A stretch of DNA of 40,930 nucleotides, taken from IMG/VR virus record IMGVR_UViG_3300028586_000783, positions 1 through 40,930 of that record, one strand, 5' to 3'. Shown piece after piece: positions 28,581 to 37,177 of the stretch (positions are counted from its first letter, which is position 1; every line of letters starts with the position of its first letter). A program made the position numbers and the translations under genes. The DNA comes from a virus. Lineage: Duplodnaviria; Caudoviricetes. The notes under the pieces are model-generated. The model was not told the origin of the DNA and did no database searches. It saw only the letters and a program-made list of their open reading frames with translations.

Positions 28581-28802
28581 ATGCTGGATACACAAAGATT
28601 AAAAAGTAAAATAAAGGAAGCTTTAATAAATGAGCAAACCGAAGAAGAAAGCGCAAACGACAGTTTAGAGCGAATTTCTTTGGCAATAGCTAAAGCAGTA
28701 ATCGAAGAAATAAAGGAGGCAAAAATAAATTATAGTGCGGGACTTGTTGCCCAACCTGGTGGCGGAGCTGTAACAGGCACACTTACTTATACAATAACTT
28801 AA
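28581..28802 (+). CDS. Small baseplate/spike-tip-like protein
   Basis: 73 aa; AGLVA...GAVTGT C-terminus. Confidence 0.5.
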   Translation: MLDTQRLKSKIKEALINEQTEEESANDSLERISLAIAKAVIEEIKEAKINYSAGLVAQPGGGAVTGTLTYTIT

Positions 28803-29144
28803 ATGAACGAAATTTTAGGCGCTGTTGCCGGTCTCATAACGTTAGGCAGCACAGGTTATTTTGGGTGGTTCTTTGGTCGTAGAAAGTCTACCGCTGATGC
28901 GGTAAGTGCCGAAATTGATAATGATGCTAAACTATCAAGCAATTATAAAGCATTGCTTGACGACCTTAAAAGCCGCTATGAGAGCCGTTTTAAGGAATAT
29001 GACGAGATGATGAACCGTAAGGTGGCCATGCTTGAAGAAGAATTGAAATTAAAAGACCGAAAAATAAAACTCCAACAACAGGAGATAACAGAGTTAAAAC
29101 GAGAAAACAGGTTATTGAGAAATGCAAAAAGAAATACTACATAA
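28803..29144 (+). CDS. Membrane-anchored coiled-coil protein (possible holin-like)
   Basis: N-terminal hydrophobic helix, GRRK, then coiled coil. Confidence 0.5.
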   Translation: MNEILGAVAGLITLGSTGYFGWFFGRRKSTADAVSAEIDNDAKLSSNYKALLDDLKSRYESRFKEYDEMMNRKVAMLEEELKLKDRKIKLQQQEITELKRENRLLRNAKRNTT

Positions 29145-29403
29145 CCAAAGCCTGTTTGACGTTGCGGTGCAATACTGCGGCACAGTTGCCGCTTACCTTG
29201 ACATTGCAAAATTAAACGGATTAAGCCCCACCGCTATACTTAGCACGGGTGATACCATAAAGATACCTGAAAAGGATTATGGCGCACAGGACATTGTAGA
29301 CTATTATAAATACAAGGGTATCATTCCCGCAACGGCAGTTACAACAGAAAGTGAAAATCAGGAATTAGATTACCAATTTCCGCAACTATTACCACTATTA
29401 TAA
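29122..29403 (+). CDS. LysM-like / tail X-like protein
   Basis: NQSLFDVAVQYCG......IAKLNGLS....L..G..IKIP. Confidence 0.7.
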   Translation: MQKEILHNQSLFDVAVQYCGTVAAYLDIAKLNGLSPTAILSTGDTIKIPEKDYGAQDIVDYYKYKGIIPATAVTTESENQELDYQFPQLLPLL

Positions 29404-30272
29404 TGGCAAGGACTTTAGAGCAAATACAAACATCAATGATAACCGAGCTACAGGCGACTGAGCTTGGAGCCTCGCTCACTTCCACATCAGGTAGCGCACT
29501 TTGGAGGCTTTTACTTTTCGTAGTGTCAATGGCAATCTACACCCTTGAGGGGTTATGGGATATTTTTAAAGAGCAAGTGGATGCACTGATTGCGCAAAAT
29601 CAAGCTCATACACAGGATTGGTACCGTAATAAAGCGTTAGGCTTTCTGCTTGGGGTTCCCGTGATACCCGGTACTGATAAATTTAATATAACCGAATTAA
29701 GTGATGAAGCTATAGCCGCCGCAAAAGTTGTAAAACAAGCTGCCGCAATAAAGCTATACAGTGCCAATGGCTATGGCATTTTAAGGATAAAGCTTGCAGG
29801 GGGCGACGGCGAGGGTAATTTACAGCCATTAACGGTGGAGGCATTAACGGCGGCAGATTATTATATGAGAAACCATGTAGTTGATGCCGGTACGCAGCTC
29901 GAAGTAACTTCGGGCATGGCAGATAAATTGTTACTTGACCTTGATGTATATTTTGACCCTAAGATATTAAACTCTTTTGGTCAAAGGTTAGATGGCACTA
30001 ATAACACCCCCGTTCAGAACGCTATAGATGACTTTCTTAAAAATATAAGCTTTAACGGCAGGCTAAACATTGAAGAGCTTAAAAGAGCTATTCGAAATGT
30101 ACAAGGCGTTGTTGAGAATAAGGCAAACCAGGCGGCAAGTAAATATGGGGATTACACGTATGATCAGCAGGGAATACCGAATGTGGGGCCTATAGATATA
30201 TTCAGGGTTGCAGACAGCGGCTACCTGGTTATAGATGAACTTAACATTAACTGGATTCCAGTTGAAAGCTAA
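29403..30272 (+). CDS. Baseplate J-like wedge protein
   Basis: MARTLEQI...S.SA.WRL..F...H...WY..KAL.F; position. Confidence 0.65.
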   Translation: MARTLEQIQTSMITELQATELGASLTSTSGSALWRLLLFVVSMAIYTLEGLWDIFKEQVDALIAQNQAHTQDWYRNKALGFLLGVPVIPGTDKFNITELSDEAIAAAKVVKQAAAIKLYSANGYGILRIKLAGGDGEGNLQPLTVEALTAADYYMRNHVVDAGTQLEVTSGMADKLLLDLDVYFDPKILNSFGQRLDGTNNTPVQNAIDDFLKNISFNGRLNIEELKRAIRNVQGVVENKANQAASKYGDYTYDQQGIPNVGPIDIFRVADSGYLVIDELNINWIPVES

Positions 30273-30784
30273 TGGAGATATTTATAATTACTTGGAGCCT
30301 ATTTGTTGAGGCATTGTTGCCAATGGCACGCAGGCAGCCTAAAACAAAGGCTTTGGCCGATGTGCTTTTAAAGCCCGTAAAAGTTCTTTATACTGATTTT
30401 ACTACTTACATGGCTGATGCCTTTTACAGGCTCAACCATAACTCGCAAAAAGTATATATGGAGGCGATGCTTAATGATAGGTTTGATACCAATCAAAGAC
30501 GCATCAGGATTGTAAATACTGTTTTTAGGTCAGCGACATATTTTTATGAACAAGCTGAAAACAGGGAAGTATTTCATTATGAACCGCCTCAGGTCGTTTT
30601 TTACAGAGAAGTAGAAGAATTTGCAGGCGAGGGCGTAGATTTTACGGTGTGCGTACCGCCAATATTGCAACCGGCTACAGCCACCGGATTAACAGAATAT
30701 ATTACCCGAATGAGGGGTTTGGTAGATTATTACAAATTATACAGCAAAAATTATAATATAGTATGGGTTCAAGTAAACGGATAA
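30272..30784 (+). CDS. Baseplate wedge / tail protein I-like
   Basis: LLP..R....Q..Y.E..LNDRFD...RRI.I...DF.V.VP...YYKL..K.Y. Confidence 0.65.
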   Translation: MEIFIITWSLFVEALLPMARRQPKTKALADVLLKPVKVLYTDFTTYMADAFYRLNHNSQKVYMEAMLNDRFDTNQRRIRIVNTVFRSATYFYEQAENREVFHYEPPQVVFYREVEEFAGEGVDFTVCVPPILQPATATGLTEYITRMRGLVDYYKLYSKNYNIVWVQVNG

Positions 30785-31629
30785 TTATTAGCGGTAGTGG
30801 CTTTCCCGGTACAAATGATACATGGCGAATGCTGCAAGCAGCTCTCGACGATATTTTTACCGCTATGGCAAGGCTTGCAGGCAACAAAACAATTTTATAT
30901 GGAATACAGCCATCACTAATAATTCCTACCGACCAGCCTGCTAACTATACATCAGGTTTTGTAGCCTATCAAGGCGAAATATTAGCGTTTGAAAGTGGCT
31001 TACCCGCTGCCACAGTAACAATTGTAGAAGAAACTATTAGTGCGGAATATGACAATGGAGCTACCAACGGCACGGGTGTAAATACCATTTTGCCTGTATC
31101 TCAAAAAAGGTATATGAAATTTGGAACTGGTGGCACAGCTACATTTCCATTTAGCGACCTTGTTAGGCTTAGTACCATAAAGCAGCTATCACAGTTTACA
31201 TTGCCGAATGATATTGTACAGGATGCCAACTACGTGCATACCGATAATAACCTCACCACAGCTATGATTAATGCGTGGGACGCTTTGGTAAGCAATGTTC
31301 AAAGCAACTGGAATGCCCCGGCGAATACCGCTGCTGCCATTTTAAATAAGCCTACTAATTTGTTGACAGTGCTTACTAAGGGTATTGTTTATTTAGGAGA
31401 TATTAATACCGATATGGTAATCCCTATAACGTTTAGCGCACCTTTAAGCTATACCGGCTATTACCAAGTAATACCAAATCTTGTAAGTTTTGGCTCCAAC
31501 TACAACACTGATAACGATGTTTTTTGCATGACTAAAGATCACACCGTTAACGGGTTTAAATTATTGCTGCGTGAGATAAGCGGCGGCACGCAAACACTAA
31601 GACTTTATTACACCGTAATACCACTATAA
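30763..31629 (+). CDS. Tail fibre-like protein
   Basis: GFP....W..LQ start, DANYVHTDNN and VQSNW...ILNKP motifs, beta-rich C-terminus. Confidence 0.65.
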   Translation: MGSSKRIIISGSGFPGTNDTWRMLQAALDDIFTAMARLAGNKTILYGIQPSLIIPTDQPANYTSGFVAYQGEILAFESGLPAATVTIVEETISAEYDNGATNGTGVNTILPVSQKRYMKFGTGGTATFPFSDLVRLSTIKQLSQFTLPNDIVQDANYVHTDNNLTTAMINAWDALVSNVQSNWNAPANTAAAILNKPTNLLTVLTKGIVYLGDINTDMVIPITFSAPLSYTGYYQVIPNLVSFGSNYNTDNDVFCMTKDHTVNGFKLLLREISGGTQTLRLYYTVIPL

Positions 31630-32072
31630 TGAACGCAAAAGCTATAGAATTAGAAGAAAAACCCTTTTTGATTTTTCAAACCTGGACTGGCGAGGTTACC
31701 CCGCTCGTTATTGATGAGGCCGATATACCAGCAACGCAATTTGGTGTTTGCCCTTGGAAGATCGTAAACGGTGCCTATGAAGACCGTACACCCGAAGAAA
31801 TGGCAATCTATCAGGCAGAATTTCAAACGGGGCAAGCTCAGGCCACTTATGCAAAAAAGAGCGAAGCGATTGAGACAGCAACGTTTGAACATAACGGCTT
31901 TGTATTCCCGATGCATGCTACAGCACGTTTTCATTACGGCACTATTAACCGAACCCCCGCTAATTACAAAGTTATGTCGGTTACCGGTATTGTTGACGTG
32001 CCACAGGAACAAATACCCGCATTTATGAATGCTTACTATACAAAAATTAACGAACTAACACGACCAATATAA
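31629..32072 (+). CDS. Putative tail fibre chaperone
   Basis: 147 aa coupled to the fibre gene. Confidence 0.45.
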   Translation: MNAKAIELEEKPFLIFQTWTGEVTPLVIDEADIPATQFGVCPWKIVNGAYEDRTPEEMAIYQAEFQTGQAQATYAKKSEAIETATFEHNGFVFPMHATARFHYGTINRTPANYKVMSVTGIVDVPQEQIPAFMNAYYTKINELTRPI

Positions 32073-33199
32073 TGGCTATACAACCTTTAACGATTGGGCA
32101 AAAAGAAGATACCCCCGAAAAGGTAACCGCAACCCAAAACATACCTGCAAACAGGAAATTGCCTATGGCTGAATTTAACCAGATTGTAGGCAAGGTTAAC
32201 GAGGTTGTGCAGGTGGTTAATGAGACTGACAATAGCGGTAAGCTAACCGGTACACAGGCCACAGATGCCGAAATACAGATTGAAGTGCCGGTTGCTGAGG
32301 ATAATAAATTTGTTAGCCGTTCAAAACTTTACAATTGGTGGACGTGGGTAAAAACGCGCGGCGCATCAATTTCCGGACTTTGGAATTTTACAGGAGGTTT
32401 AAAGAAAAGCGGCGTTGATGTGGCTACCGTAGATGATGTTGCGGCAAAACTTAATAGTGGTGCAAACGCAGGGCTTGCAGGAGCATCAATCAGATTACCG
32501 CGCGTGTCGGCAGATGGTACCATATCTGCCGATGCATTTTTAACGTGGCTTGCAGCTTCCAGAGAGCTTGTTATCGGTTCGGCGGGGAACTCGGGTAAAT
32601 TAAACGTCTACAGCGAAATATTTGAGTTAGTTGTACAGGACAATATCCAGTCAGGGCAGGCCAGGCTTCTAATAAATGCTAATCAGGATGATGCATTTTC
32701 TATTGTGGATAAAGCAGGTATTGCCTATCAAACCATCAGAACCACTTCAAACGGCGTGGCTGTTATCAATAGGGCGCGTACGCGTATGGATGCGGGTATT
32801 TATTTGCCGCTTGACCAGATGCAAGCCGCTATTGAGAGCATGGGCGCGGGTGTTAAAGTATACGCTAAAGATTTACTGGGTAATGAGATCACGGTACCGT
32901 TTAGCGCACCCGGCAATGCTATGATGGTTAAAGGCTCGTTGCTTGTAAAAAATAGCAGCAGCAGCCAGGTTATAGCAGCCGAATTTAAAGCATCAATTAA
33001 GAACGTTGGCGGCGTGATAACGGTTACACAACCTGCCTTAGATGTTTTAACTACTAATAGTACTTATGCTACGTTTGCAATGGGAGTTGAGGCAGTTGGC
33101 ACAAATTTAAAGTTCTACTTTACAACCAACGCAAGCGACAGTACAAAGTACATAGGTGGTTTTACGGAACTTAAATTCGCATCTACTTATGTATCTTAA
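32072..33199 (+). CDS. Tail fibre / receptor-binding-like protein
   Basis: KL.MAEFNQIV.KVNE N-terminus; Gly/Ser/Thr-rich. Confidence 0.55.
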   Translation: MAIQPLTIGQKEDTPEKVTATQNIPANRKLPMAEFNQIVGKVNEVVQVVNETDNSGKLTGTQATDAEIQIEVPVAEDNKFVSRSKLYNWWTWVKTRGASISGLWNFTGGLKKSGVDVATVDDVAAKLNSGANAGLAGASIRLPRVSADGTISADAFLTWLAASRELVIGSAGNSGKLNVYSEIFELVVQDNIQSGQARLLINANQDDAFSIVDKAGIAYQTIRTTSNGVAVINRARTRMDAGIYLPLDQMQAAIESMGAGVKVYAKDLLGNEITVPFSAPGNAMMVKGSLLVKNSSSSQVIAAEFKASIKNVGGVITVTQPALDVLTTNSTYATFAMGVEAVGTNLKFYFTTNASDSTKYIGGFTELKFASTYVS

Positions 33200-34010
33200 A
33201 GGAGGCAGTATACAAGGCGCAATATACGGTGGTGTAAGCCCTCGTAATTATAGCGGTTTAAAGTTATGGAATAGGGCGACCGATGGCGTGACATTAAACA
33301 ACGGCAATTATGTTTTTAACTGGAAGGATATTAGTGGAAGTGTTACCGATGGTAGCCGCGATTGGAAACCTTACGACCGTGTCTCACAAAGCTATATAAG
33401 CGGTTATGGTGGCATAATTGGTAATAGCAATAATGGCTTATGGATAGCCGGAACCACCAGCCCCGTTTTTGCAATACACGATAGTAGCTTTAAACGTATT
33501 TTGTTTGATGGCACCCCGATTACATTAATAATTATTTTTAGGATAAATAGCATACAGACAAATAGCGGTTTTCCGTTTTTTAACACAGGTTTGTCAACGC
33601 CCACCACCGGCAACTTTACAATTAGTGCGCCAACGAATAACAGTCATGGATTCACTACACGACTTAACTCTAATTCCGGAATTGAAGGCACACAGCTTTT
33701 AGGAGTTTACAACGGTGTTAAGAGTTATGCGCTTGCAATAAAAGATTATGGTTATAATGCTGCCTTACCCTTGCTACACAGGAAATATTACGTTAACAAC
33801 ATCTTGCAGGCAGAGAAAAAATTTATAGCCGCGCCTAACGGTGCTACTGATTATTCGCCTATGATTTTAGGTTGTGGTGCGGTTGCAAACGGCATACATG
33901 AAATAATTATGTATGATAATACAGGCAAAGACCAACAACAAATTGACTTTGAGTACGAAACCCTTTACACGAATTACATTTTAAAACGATATCCAAACTT
34001 ATTATTATGA
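33189..34010 (+). CDS. Lectin (LamG/ConA)-like structural protein
   Basis: LKLW..A..GV......V..WKD.SG ... I.EII.YD pattern; ATG at 33189. Confidence 0.55.
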   Translation: MYLKGGSIQGAIYGGVSPRNYSGLKLWNRATDGVTLNNGNYVFNWKDISGSVTDGSRDWKPYDRVSQSYISGYGGIIGNSNNGLWIAGTTSPVFAIHDSSFKRILFDGTPITLIIIFRINSIQTNSGFPFFNTGLSTPTTGNFTISAPTNNSHGFTTRLNSNSGIEGTQLLGVYNGVKSYALAIKDYGYNAALPLLHRKYYVNNILQAEKKFIAAPNGATDYSPMILGCGAVANGIHEIIMYDNTGKDQQQIDFEYETLYTNYILKRYPNLLL

Positions 34011-34309
34011 ATATTAACTATGTTGTTTATGAACCTGCCTACAAAGCAGGGTTAAGACATACCCAAATTACAGATGAGGCGCAAGCCGCTAACATGCTTA
34101 AAAAACCCGAAGCGTACAGGCAGGTTATATACCACCCCACACAGGACAAAGCCGCTATTGAGGTTGTAAATATTATACCGGTTCAATTGTCTTTAGGTAA
34201 GTATACTGAGGCCTTAAACTTTGAACCATTTTTTAGCGAAATGGAGCTTAACCGCAAAGTTGCAGAATTGCCTGCCGATTGGTGGCCAATGGCAGAACCT
34301 GAATTATAA
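34007..34309 (+). CDS. Hypothetical protein
   Basis: 100 aa, ATGA coupling, ends ELPADWWP. Confidence 0.6.
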   Translation: MNINYVVYEPAYKAGLRHTQITDEAQAANMLKKPEAYRQVIYHPTQDKAAIEVVNIIPVQLSLGKYTEALNFEPFFSEMELNRKVAELPADWWPMAEPEL

Positions 34310-34328
34310 ACCCCTTTAAATTTTAAAT

Positions 34329-34820
34329 ATGGCAGAGAATGCAACAACCGCGCCCGGCAGAGGCGCACAATTATGGCAAGCAATTAAGAACTATCCTAAA
34401 ACTTATTGGCTAATGTTAAAAGGCTTTTACAATCAGGTTAAAGAAGATTTTAATAAGGAAGGCCGTGCAGACTTCTTTAAGGCTAAGAGGCACGTAAATC
34501 TTTTAATCGGCATGGCTTTTACAACGTTGGCATCATATGTAACTTATTACGCATATGACGGACAGATCAACACTTTAACTGGAAAATTAGCTATCAACAT
34601 TCCACTAATGGTATTAGCATCTTGGATGTTTGCGGCAGTCATTGACTTAGCACAGGGTAAAGGCTCAAATGGCGACCCACGTTTTACACGTTATGGCGCT
34701 GTACCTGGTACGTTAGTAGTTGGGATGTGTTGGTACTTTAATTACAATGGCTGGTTATTACCGGTTGCAGGATTAGCAGTAGCAGCACTGGCATACTACC
34801 TATGGAAGCCTAAGAAATAA
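34329..34820 (+). CDS. Multi-pass membrane protein
   Basis: About four hydrophobic segments, basic C-terminus. Confidence 0.65.
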   Translation: MAENATTAPGRGAQLWQAIKNYPKTYWLMLKGFYNQVKEDFNKEGRADFFKAKRHVNLLIGMAFTTLASYVTYYAYDGQINTLTGKLAINIPLMVLASWMFAAVIDLAQGKGSNGDPRFTRYGAVPGTLVVGMCWYFNYNGWLLPVAGLAVAALAYYLWKPKK

Positions 34821-34864
34821 GAAAGCATTGGAGGTAAAAAAGAGCCCTCCGACAATTAAAAACT

Positions 34865-34952
34865 TCTCACAGTATCTTAATTTAAGCAGCAAAGCCACAT
34901 CGGAGGACATAAGTCTTCTGTTGTGGCTTTGTTGTGCTTAAATACTGTGAGA
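34865..34952 (+). promoter_or_regulatory. Long imperfect hairpin in the MTase leader
   Basis: TCTCACAGTAT/ATACTGTGAGA, TTAAGCA/TGCTTAA, GCAAAGCCACA/TGTGGCTTTGT, CGGAGGAC/GTCTTCTG. Confidence 0.75.
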
Positions 34953-34993
34953 GCTGCAAAGGTAATCATCATCAATCATCAATCAAAATACGA

Positions 34994-36079
34994 ATGGAAT
35001 TTAATTACAGGTGGCGTTTAAAAAATGCCATATTTACAAAAGACAAGGGCAAAGTGTTTAGCTGCTTTGCCTGCGGAGGTGGCAGTACTATGGGTTATAA
35101 ATTAGCCGGGTGGGATGTTATTGGCATTAATGAGATAGATAAACGCATGGCAGATATCTACATGCAGAACCACAACCCCAAATTTGCATTTATTGAGGGC
35201 ATACAGTCGTTTAAAAATAGAACCGACTTGCCACAGGAATTGTACGAACTTGATATATTGGACGGCTCGCCTCCTTGCAGTTCGTTTTCTATGGCTGGCA
35301 ATCGGGAAAAGGATTGGGGTAAGCTAAAGAAATTTAATGAGGGGCAAGCCGAACAAATACTTGATACTTTATTTTTTGACTTTATAGACCTTGCAGAAAA
35401 ATTACAACCTAAAGTTGTTGTGGCCGAAAATGTATCGGGCATATTAAAAGGCAATGCCCGTGAATATGTGCGGAAAATATTAAAGGCTTTCGATGCTGCG
35501 GGCTACCTGGTGCAAGAATTTGAGCTTGACAGTTCTCAAATGGAAGTGCCACAGCGCAGGGAGCGCGTTTTCTTTATAGCGGTTCGTAAAGATTTAGCAA
35601 GTAAGCTGCCTATGCCTCAGGGGCTACTTTTTTGCGATTTCCCGCGCTTAAATATGAAATTTGGGCGTACACACATCCCGTTCAAAGAAATTCGCTCTAA
35701 GGGCTTAAATGATGCTCCTTGGACAGACCATGACCAACATATTTGGGATAAGCGTATAATTGGAGACAGAACTTACGCAAGTACCTTACAAAGGATAGAA
35801 AACCGGGATAGCAATTTTAATGCATCTTATGTTTATCCTGACAGGGCGGTATGTTCGGTAGTAAGCAGCCAGGGCAGCAAACTAACGCTGTTTGACGAAC
35901 CGCGCCAAATGAATTCACAGGAATTATTACTCGCTCAGTCGTTCCCTTTAGACTATAATTTTTTGAGCGACACATACAGCAAGAAAAAATATGTATTGGG
36001 TATGAGCGTGCCGCCTGTAATGATGGCACATTTAGCCAAAAGATTACATAGCGAATGGATAGAAATATTCAAAAAATAG
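34994..36079 (+). CDS. DNA (cytosine-5) methyltransferase
   Basis: FACGGG (I), GSPPCSSFS (IV), ENV (VI), QRRERVF (VIII), GMSVPP (X); start MEFNY at 34994. Confidence 0.93.
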   Translation: MEFNYRWRLKNAIFTKDKGKVFSCFACGGGSTMGYKLAGWDVIGINEIDKRMADIYMQNHNPKFAFIEGIQSFKNRTDLPQELYELDILDGSPPCSSFSMAGNREKDWGKLKKFNEGQAEQILDTLFFDFIDLAEKLQPKVVVAENVSGILKGNAREYVRKILKAFDAAGYLVQEFELDSSQMEVPQRRERVFFIAVRKDLASKLPMPQGLLFCDFPRLNMKFGRTHIPFKEIRSKGLNDAPWTDHDQHIWDKRIIGDRTYASTLQRIENRDSNFNASYVYPDRAVCSVVSSQGSKLTLFDEPRQMNSQELLLAQSFPLDYNFLSDTYSKKKYVLGMSVPPVMMAHLAKRLHSEWIEIFKK

Positions 36080-36153
36080 ACTTTTTGAATACACTATAAA
36101 GATAGTGTAAAACAGTAAATTAACCAAATAAAATACGCATAAAAACAATAAAA

Positions 36154-36882
36154 ATGTCAATAATTTTAACCACTAAAAATTTAGGAATACTCGAAATTAA
36201 ACAAGTTAGCAAAGAGGTTGCTAAGGAACTTATTATTAATAACCACTATAGCAGGAAATGGAATAATTCAGGCTTTGGCCTGTATAATTTTGGCTTCTTT
36301 CGCCCAGGTTCTGAGGTCTGTCTCGGTGTCGCCGTCTACGGTTATATGATGCACCCAAAAGCAAAGTTATTTACACACCCTAATCCCAATGCCGTTATGT
36401 TAGAGCTTAATCGTATGTGGATATCGGACGAACTTGGAAAAAATGCTGAAAGCCTACTAATCGCGCATTCTTTAAAGCAATTGCCTAAACTGGATAAAAA
36501 CATAGTGGCCGTTCAGTCATTTGCGGATGGCCGATTAGGTTGCGGAACGATTTATAAAGCCTCAAACTTTAAATACTATGGCAGCCATGAAACGGTATTT
36601 GCCGAAAACAAGCGTACAGGCGAGATTAACCACCAAATGAACATGACACGCATGGATAGTAAGAGCATTTACATACGTAACAACGTTGCCTTTTTGCTTG
36701 GTGATCTGCAATTTTTTAAAGTAGATACCTATCGCTATATATTCCCACTCTGTAAGCGCTTTCAATCAAAGCTTGCACAAAAGCCTTATCCGGCATATAA
36801 AAAAGGTTCTATGCTCATTGCAATGGATAGGGATAAGACACTGATTAAAGAACGTCTATTGAAGTTCATAAACGACCTGTAA
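36154..36882 (+). CDS. Mom-like GNAT-fold DNA modification protein
   Basis: I..NHYS, GVAVYG, ELNRMW, SFAD...GTIYKASNF.YYG; last large gene before the right end, as for Mu mom. Confidence 0.8.
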   Translation: MSIILTTKNLGILEIKQVSKEVAKELIINNHYSRKWNNSGFGLYNFGFFRPGSEVCLGVAVYGYMMHPKAKLFTHPNPNAVMLELNRMWISDELGKNAESLLIAHSLKQLPKLDKNIVAVQSFADGRLGCGTIYKASNFKYYGSHETVFAENKRTGEINHQMNMTRMDSKSIYIRNNVAFLLGDLQFFKVDTYRYIFPLCKRFQSKLAQKPYPAYKKGSMLIAMDRDKTLIKERLLKFINDL

Positions 36883-36886
36883 TACT

Positions 36887-36910
36887 AAAGCCCTCATTTG
36901 AGGGCTTTTT
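36887..36910 (+). terminator. Intrinsic terminator after the mom-like gene
   Basis: AAAGCCCTCA-TT-TGAGGGCTTTTT. Confidence 0.85.
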
Positions 36911-36950
36911 AAATGGTGTTTAAATATTGATTAATTGCTACTTTTGCGCT

Positions 36951-37082
36951 ATGATTATAGACGACTTTTGCGAGGACTGCGGTAGCGATGATATTGTTAA
37001 ATGGTTGGAGGGTTTAATGTGGCTCAGCATCTGAAATACGTGCGGCTGTGAGGCTGTTGTGTGTGTTAAGACTTTCAGATGA
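36951..37082 (+). pseudogene. Small zinc-ribbon ORF with in-frame TGA at the third Cys position
   Basis: MIIDDFCEDCGSDDIVKWLEGLMWLSI*NTCGCEAVVCVKTFR*; TACTTTTG at 36939-36946. Confidence 0.5.
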
Positions 37083-37094
37083 TTTTAGCTAAAA

Positions 37095-37143
37095 TTGGTA
37101 CAATTCATTTTTAATTTTGGCACATTTGATTTTTGCGATTATA
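37095..37143. repeat. Putative prophage right end: tandem transposase-binding sites
   Basis: TTGGTACAATTCATTTTT (37095) and TTGGCACATTTGATTTTT (37117), 22 bp period, then GCGATTATA. Confidence 0.65.
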
Positions 37144-37177
37144 TATAGCTGTATCCACAAATGTTTGGAGATAATTT

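Larger units (their letters stand above)
1..37143. mobile_element. Mu-like transposable prophage, contractile tail; left end outside the window
   Basis: Repressor, DDE transposase and AAA ATPase at the left; portal, MuF, terminase, capsid, sheath, tube, tape measure and baseplate genes; mom-like gene and tandem repeats at the right. Exact right boundary is inferred. Confidence 0.95.

Noticed and set aside
30763-34309. Invertible tail-fibre segment or diversity-generating retroelement
   Set aside because: No invertase, reverse transcriptase, flanking inverted repeats or template/variable repeat pair seen.
34934-34993. Longer MTase N-terminus (MLKYCESC...)
   Set aside because: The GTG start is buried in the hairpin; ATG 34994 with an A-rich leader is more plausible.
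37032-37082. Selenocysteine recoding of the UGA
   Set aside because: No convincing SECIS-like hairpin follows, and structural zinc ligands are not typical Sec sites.
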